Part shown: positions 32,969-36,911 of the stretch, in pieces
Layout of the letters: each line of letters starts with the position of its first letter
Numbering within the stretch: position 1 is the stretch's first letter
Source of the DNA: a virus
IMG/VR virus record: IMGVR_UViG_3300045988_065836
Location: 1 to 36,911 of that record
Reading direction: 5' to 3' (one strand)
DNA length: 36,911 nt
Notes under the pieces: generated by a model
What the model was told of the DNA's origin: nothing
The model's input: the letters and a program-made list of their open reading frames with translations, nothing else
Database searches by the model: none
Made by a program: the position numbers and the translations under genes

Positions 32969-33280
32969 ATGGGCTATTTACGAATCAAGTGCTACTATTG
33001 TGGCGGAACATGGGAAGTTTACCACCGGGATCTTCATAGCCGGTACAAGAAAGCCAGAGAATGCCCGCATTGCTTCCAAAAAATAGACGAGCAGACATGG
33101 GACAATCAGATTTTCCCGGCATACAACGCACTGGATGATGCGAATAGAGAGCTATTCAAAGACCATCTCGGCCACCATGTACCGCTCTTTGAAGTCAGCT
33201 ATGAATCTAATACGATTTTCAAAAATGCCAAGAACTGGCCCAGCTACTCAGACGATGATGATTCATCGGATATTGAGTAA
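32969..33280 (+). CDS. Zn-ribbon protein with an acidic tail
   Basis: AAGGAGGA RBS. CYYCGG...CPHC. The C-terminus is SYSDDDDSSDIE. Confidence 0.6.
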   Translation: MGYLRIKCYYCGGTWEVYHRDLHSRYKKARECPHCFQKIDEQTWDNQIFPAYNALDDANRELFKDHLGHHVPLFEVSYESNTIFKNAKNWPSYSDDDDSSDIE

Positions 33281-33300
33281 AGTGGTCGAAATCGACCACT
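33281..33300 (+). terminator. Perfect 9-bp palindrome hairpin right after the cassette stop
   Basis: AGTGGTCGA aa TCGACCACT followed by TT. The T tail is weak. Confidence 0.35.
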
Positions 33301-33512
33301 TTAATGCCCGCCACAGCAGCGCCCTGGGCCTCACAGTCTGGGGCGCTTTCTACGCGAAAAAGCGGGCCACCGAAGTGACCCGCCAGCGCTCCGAGAATTA
33401 GGTGGGGCGACACTCCCACATCTCCTTACGAGGGTTGGTCGATGTGTTTTATATTGTTCAGTTTCTTGTAATAATGTTTTGACTTTTTAATGATTCTCAG
33501 GAAAAACAAGCT

Positions 33513-33543
33513 AAAAGGCGCTCTTTTTTTGAGTGCCTTTTTT
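33513..33543. terminator. Bidirectional terminator downstream of the minus-strand island gene
   Basis: AAAA-GGCGCTC-TTTTTTT-GAGTGCC-TTTTTT: a 7-bp stem including one G-T pair. Confidence 0.7.
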
Positions 33544-33602
33544 CAGCGTTTACTACCGTGTTCACACACCTGTTAGGCAAATGTTAGGCAAGCGAATAAC
33601 CT

Positions 33603-34484
33603 CTACCAATTCTTAATCCGCACATACTTAGGGCGTGCCTCTGGACTGTTAAACAGAAAATTTTGATACTCTAGTAACAGCTCAACGGATGCACCCTTTT
33701 TTATTTTTTCCTTGTACTCCGAACACTTTTCACAAAACGAATTAAATGTATCTGTGTATTTAGGAGTAGCCCTGTATTCATCAGCTCTCCACCTAAGTCT
33801 TTCGTACTCTGCCAGCCTCTTTTTCTCCAATTTGTCCTTTATTGCTTTCACAGCCTCCGCACAGGAATAATCTCCGTATTCAGGGTAAGGCGAATGGCGA
33901 CTACAATACTTTACCTTTAAGTTCGATGTCAAAAAATATCTTCCACAATGAGCACATTTGGAGATGGAATATCTATTGTAAACACAACAGTGTACCAATG
34001 AAAAAACAAAATCTACCATTGTGCGGCATGAATAATACCGGAACACATTGGGGTCAAACTCAGACTCCTCATTAGCCTGTTTATCAAGTATGCGCCATTT
34101 GTCTAACTCTTTTGAGAATCTTTCAAAAGCCAATAGTGTTAGGATGGAGTTAATATTTCTATACCTGTCTGATGATTCACCTTTTTTGTATTCGATGCTG
34201 ATTCCATAAAAAGATCGGAAATCATCAAAATTCTCCAGATTAGCCTTTTTCAGGTAATCAGTTTTCTCAAAATAATCAGATAGCAGCTGCCATGCATCCC
34301 TTGGGTCTGCATAATTAAAGAACTCGTTCGACTGCACACCATGTTCAAATCGTTCGGTTAGCTTCTCGTATATTTCACATAAAAATGTTTCAGCGGAATA
34401 TTGGTAAGCACTTTTCGTTGAAAACAAATAGACCGTTCCACTCCGTATCTCTAAACTGACAACCGACTCAGCTTCTTTTGCCAT
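33603..34484 (-). CDS. Cys-rich 293-aa protein in an AT-rich island (reminiscent of DUF6076-type proteins of Clostridial mobile elements)
   Basis: Minus-strand ATG at 34484 follows AGGAGAAGG. Contains KCAHCGRYF...KYCSRHSPYPEYGDYSCAEAV. Its composition is far more AT-rich than the surrounding genome. Confidence 0.6.
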   Translation of the reverse strand: MAKEAESVVSLEIRSGTVYLFSTKSAYQYSAETFLCEIYEKLTERFEHGVQSNEFFNYADPRDAWQLLSDYFEKTDYLKKANLENFDDFRSFYGISIEYKKGESSDRYRNINSILTLLAFERFSKELDKWRILDKQANEESEFDPNVFRYYSCRTMVDFVFSLVHCCVYNRYSISKCAHCGRYFLTSNLKVKYCSRHSPYPEYGDYSCAEAVKAIKDKLEKKRLAEYERLRWRADEYRATPKYTDTFNSFCEKCSEYKEKIKKGASVELLLEYQNFLFNSPEARPKYVRIKNW

Positions 34485-34609
34485 GGTTCCTTCTCCTGAA
34501 ATGTTTCGTATTTTCAATTCTAATTATATCATCGAAAAATACCAAAATCAACAACAAAAAGTGAATTAAAATGAAGTCACCAAACGAAAGGAAAGGAGCC
34601 TTTACGAAA

Positions 34610-34804
34610 ATGGAAAATACAATCCCCGTTTTTTTATCTATCCGTGAAACGGCGAAATCTGGAATTCTTACAGAGTATCGGTTACGCTGCATGGAAAAGT
34701 CTGGAGAACTGCCCTGTATCTACGCTGGCAAAAAATGCCTCATCAATGTTGACTTGCTCATTGCACAGCTCAATGATTTACAGAAAGTAGGTACTCAAAA
34801 ATGA
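34610..34804 (+). CDS. Excisionase-family HTH protein
   Basis: AAAGGAG RBS. FLSIRETAKSGILTEYRLRCMEKSGELPCIYAGKKCLINVDLL. Confidence 0.7.
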   Translation: MENTIPVFLSIRETAKSGILTEYRLRCMEKSGELPCIYAGKKCLINVDLLIAQLNDLQKVGTQK

Positions 34805-35022
34805 CCCAATGTGAACGCATTCTCCGCCACCTCCAGGACGGTAACACACTGACCCAGGCCTAGGCCTTTTTGGAGTATGGAGTCGGCCGACTGTCTAGCC
34901 GAATATGTGATCTCCGGCGGGCGGGCTACCCTATCAAGGGCGAGTTCGTCACCCAGAAAAACAGATACGGGGAGCCTTGTACATTTGTTCGGTATTCGCT
35001 GGATGAAACCAAGGGGGCTTGA
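34801..35022 (+). pseudogene. HTH_39-like winged-helix gene interrupted by an in-frame TAG at 34861
   Basis: MTQCERILRHLQDGNTLTQA*AFLEYGVGRLSSRICDLRRAGYPIKGEFVTQKNRYGEPCTFVRYSL. ATGA-coupled at both ends. The stop lies inside the conserved motif. Confidence 0.6.
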
Positions 35023-35024
35023 TT

Positions 35025-35510
35025 ATGGCCGCTCTGAGAGATAAACATCCATCCTGGTTCAAGCTGAAAACCGAGCGGCGGCAGCTTATCAAAGAGTTGC
35101 CACCGGAAACGGCAGTCACCGTTCTTCTAGCCTGTCTGGATTATTTGGAAATCGGAAGTTTTCCTGATTCCATGCATCCGATTGAGAGAATCGCCGCTTC
35201 TGCTTTTCTTCCTGACTTGGAAGAAGCCTGGGCAAAGTATACCAAACGGGTATCAAATGGCTCAAAGGGTGGTGCCCCCAAGGGCAATAAAAACGCCCAG
35301 AAAACAAAACAACCATACGGTTGCATTCGCCCCCATATGGGGCCATTCGGGGCAGAAGTAGAAGAAGACCCCCTAAAGGGGGATTCTTCTACTAACTGGG
35401 GTGTAGATAATAGGGACAGGGAACCGCCCCTTTGTGGGGGCGGCCCCCCTACCCGGTTCTACTTTGACGATTCCGGAAACCTTGTTGACAGGGGGGATGA
35501 TTGCTTATGA
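35025..35510 (+). CDS. Hypothetical protein upstream of DnaB (second DUF6291-like N-terminus; possible replication accessory protein)
   Basis: SWFKLKTERRQLIKELPPETAVTVLLACLDYLEIGSFPD resembles the N-terminus of 4798..5523. ATGA-coupled to dnaB. Confidence 0.55.
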   Translation: MAALRDKHPSWFKLKTERRQLIKELPPETAVTVLLACLDYLEIGSFPDSMHPIERIAASAFLPDLEEAWAKYTKRVSNGSKGGAPKGNKNAQKTKQPYGCIRPHMGPFGAEVEEDPLKGDSSTNWGVDNRDREPPLCGGGPPTRFYFDDSGNLVDRGDDCL

Positions 35511-36763
35511 ACCCAGAGCAATACCTTTGTGGGGCTATCCTGATTTCTGGCGAAGCAGTCATGAAAGCCATTCGGGGCATTGTCACACCTGATTGTTTCC
35601 AGCTGGAAGCCTATCGAGCTATCTATGTGGCGGGCCTGTCCCTGCTGGATGCCGGGGAACCTATTGACCCGGTTTCCATCAAGGCCCAGGCAAAGCGGCA
35701 GGGCGTGGAGCTGTCAAACAAACTGCTTTCCGAGCTGATGGAAGTCGTTCCGTCCGCTGCCTACTGTGTCGAATATGCCCACCGTGTGGCGGAGGATGCC
35801 CGCACACGGGCTGTAAAGGAATTAGCTGAGCGAATACAGAGCGATACCGTTTCCAGCGCTGACGAGCTTTTAGCAACTTTGCAGCGAGAGACCGAGGCAA
35901 TACGGGGCAGCAGCTACCAGCGAGGGCTATTGACCCCCAATGATACCCTGCACCGGTTCATGGACTATGTCGTCCGAGCTGGCGAAAAGCGGGACAATTT
36001 CATCTCCACCGGATTTCCAAGGCTGGACGATATTCTAGGTGGTGGATTCATCCGGGGAGGGCTGTACATACTGGGGGCGAGGCCCGCCGTGGGCAAGTCC
36101 ACTTTCGGTATTAACCTAGCTGACAACATAGCAGGCAACGTCCTTTTTGTCTCCCTGGAAATGTCCGTGGAGCAGATCACGGCGAAACGGATATCCCGCC
36201 GTATCGGCTGTTCTTCCGCCCGCTTGCTGTCCGGTCAGCTGTCAGATCAAGCGTGGGAGAAGGTGGCCATGGCTTCCAGTGACATTTCACAACGGGGGCT
36301 ATATCTCAATAACCGCTATGATTTAACCGTGCAGCAAATCGCCTTGCTGGCCCAGGCCGTGCCAGAACTGCGGGCCGTGATTGTGGACTACCTGGGCCTT
36401 ATCCAGCCTGCCACTCGGAGCGCATCAACCTATGAAAATATCTCCCAAATCAGCCGGGAGTTGAAGCGCATGGCCTTGTCTCTGAATGTGCCAGTTATAT
36501 GCCTGTGTCAGCTGTCCAGGCAGGTTGAGAGCCGCCAGAACAAGCGCCCTATGCTGTCAGACCTGCGGGACAGTGGGGCCATCGAGCAAGATGCGGACGG
36601 GGTGCTTTTCCTCTATCGGGATGACTATTATGCCGGAGGCCCTGCCGATGGGCAGCCGTCAGCCGTGGATTTGAGCGTGGCAAAGAACCGGCACGGGCAG
36701 ACCGGCGAGACAAGTTTCAACCTGTGGCTCAAGTACAGCTACTTTAAGGAGGCGGCGGGATGA
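35507..36763 (+). CDS. dnaB: DnaB-family replicative DNA helicase (G40P-like)
   Basis: N-terminal domain (LCGAILISGEAV...YRAIYVAG...PIDPVSI), Walker A GARPAVGKST, IVDYLGLIQ, QLSRQVE, DSGAIEQDAD. Confidence 0.93.
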   Translation: MNPEQYLCGAILISGEAVMKAIRGIVTPDCFQLEAYRAIYVAGLSLLDAGEPIDPVSIKAQAKRQGVELSNKLLSELMEVVPSAAYCVEYAHRVAEDARTRAVKELAERIQSDTVSSADELLATLQRETEAIRGSSYQRGLLTPNDTLHRFMDYVVRAGEKRDNFISTGFPRLDDILGGGFIRGGLYILGARPAVGKSTFGINLADNIAGNVLFVSLEMSVEQITAKRISRRIGCSSARLLSGQLSDQAWEKVAMASSDISQRGLYLNNRYDLTVQQIALLAQAVPELRAVIVDYLGLIQPATRSASTYENISQISRELKRMALSLNVPVICLCQLSRQVESRQNKRPMLSDLRDSGAIEQDADGVLFLYRDDYYAGGPADGQPSAVDLSVAKNRHGQTGETSFNLWLKYSYFKEAAG

Positions 36764-36894
36764 AACGAAAGTCGAAGCGCCGAAACAGCTGGAGAAGGTA
36801 CGAGGCCAAGAAGAAATTACTGGCCGCCCGGGGCCTGACCCCGGCGGCCTATGAAAAGGCACTGCGGGAGCTGACCCAAAAGCTAAAACTGTAG
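36760..36894 (+). CDS. 44-aa basic protein coupled to dnaB (its 3' part is duplicated at 1..102)
   Basis: ATGA overlap at 36760-36763. Product is MKRKSKRRNSWRRYEAKKKLLAARGLTPAAYEKALRELTQKLKL, followed by the terminator. Confidence 0.5.
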   Translation: MKRKSKRRNSWRRYEAKKKLLAARGLTPAAYEKALRELTQKLKL

Positions 36895-36911
36895 GCCGTC
36901 ACCCCGCCCCG
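36793..36911. repeat. Terminal direct repeat copy 2 (119 bp)
   Basis: Exact copy of 1-119. It contains the 3' end of the small ORF 36760..36894 and the start of the terminator hairpin. Confidence 0.95.

Noticed and set aside
33300-33420. GC-rich hairpin-dense stretch after the cassette as a possible attP site or integrase remnant
   Set aside because: Translations in all frames are not recombinase-like, and I found no matching direct repeat at the other edge of the AT-rich island. It may simply be stacked terminator-like hairpins.
1-36911. Genome-wide stop-codon reassignment (TAG to Gln or TGA to Trp/Gly) as the explanation for the in-frame stops
   Set aside because: TGA ends about half of the well-delimited genes, often in ATGA overlaps. 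TAG cleanly ends the endolysin, Lar, neck and island genes, where read-through would give long, implausible extensions. There are only four internal stops in about 37 kb.

Overview
The window is a complete, circularly closed tailed-phage genome. Bases 1-119 are identical to 36793-36911, giving a unit length of 36792 bp. The tail module (major tail protein, frameshifted chaperone, tape measure, Dit, no sheath) indicates siphovirus architecture. Expression signals look Firmicutes/Clostridia-like: GGAGG ribosome-binding sites, ATGA gene overlaps and TTGACA-17-TATAAT promoters.

Gene order around the circle:
- A cI-like XRE repressor on the minus strand faces a consensus early promoter embedded in a TTGGA/TCCAA half-site array.
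- Small early ORFs and a tRNA-like ncRNA follow.
- Recombination module: Gp157, Sak4-like ATPase, DUF669 SSB, DUF1064.
- Replisome organiser plus a G39P-like helicase loader.
- A block of PP-loop (PAPS-reductase-like), radical SAM, Lar and ASCH genes.
- Small Cys-rich ORFs, then a RinA/ArpU-like late activator.
- An antisense mini-operon (small membrane peptide plus HTH).
- Late genes: TerS, TerL, portal, MuF, a displaced HK97-gp10-like gene, scaffold, major capsid, neck, major tail, tail chaperone with a -1 frameshift, tape measure, Dit, tail tip and fibre genes.
- Lysis genes: M15 endolysin and a phi-LC3-type holin.
- An accessory arm: a papain-like peptidase, an N-terminally truncated second TerL nuclease and a Zn-ribbon protein, then an AT-rich island carrying a Cys-rich minus-strand gene.
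- A DnaB helicase operon that abuts the repressor across the circle junction.

I found no integrase, partition genes, CRISPR array or rRNA.

The most unusual signals are:
- Four in-frame stop codons (two TGA, two TAG) and poly-G frame breaks that interrupt otherwise conserved genes.
- The orphan TerL-nuclease cassette.
- The CCA-ending tRNA-like element.
- A repressor and replicative helicase without any integration function.

All family assignments are from motif recognition by eye, not database searches.
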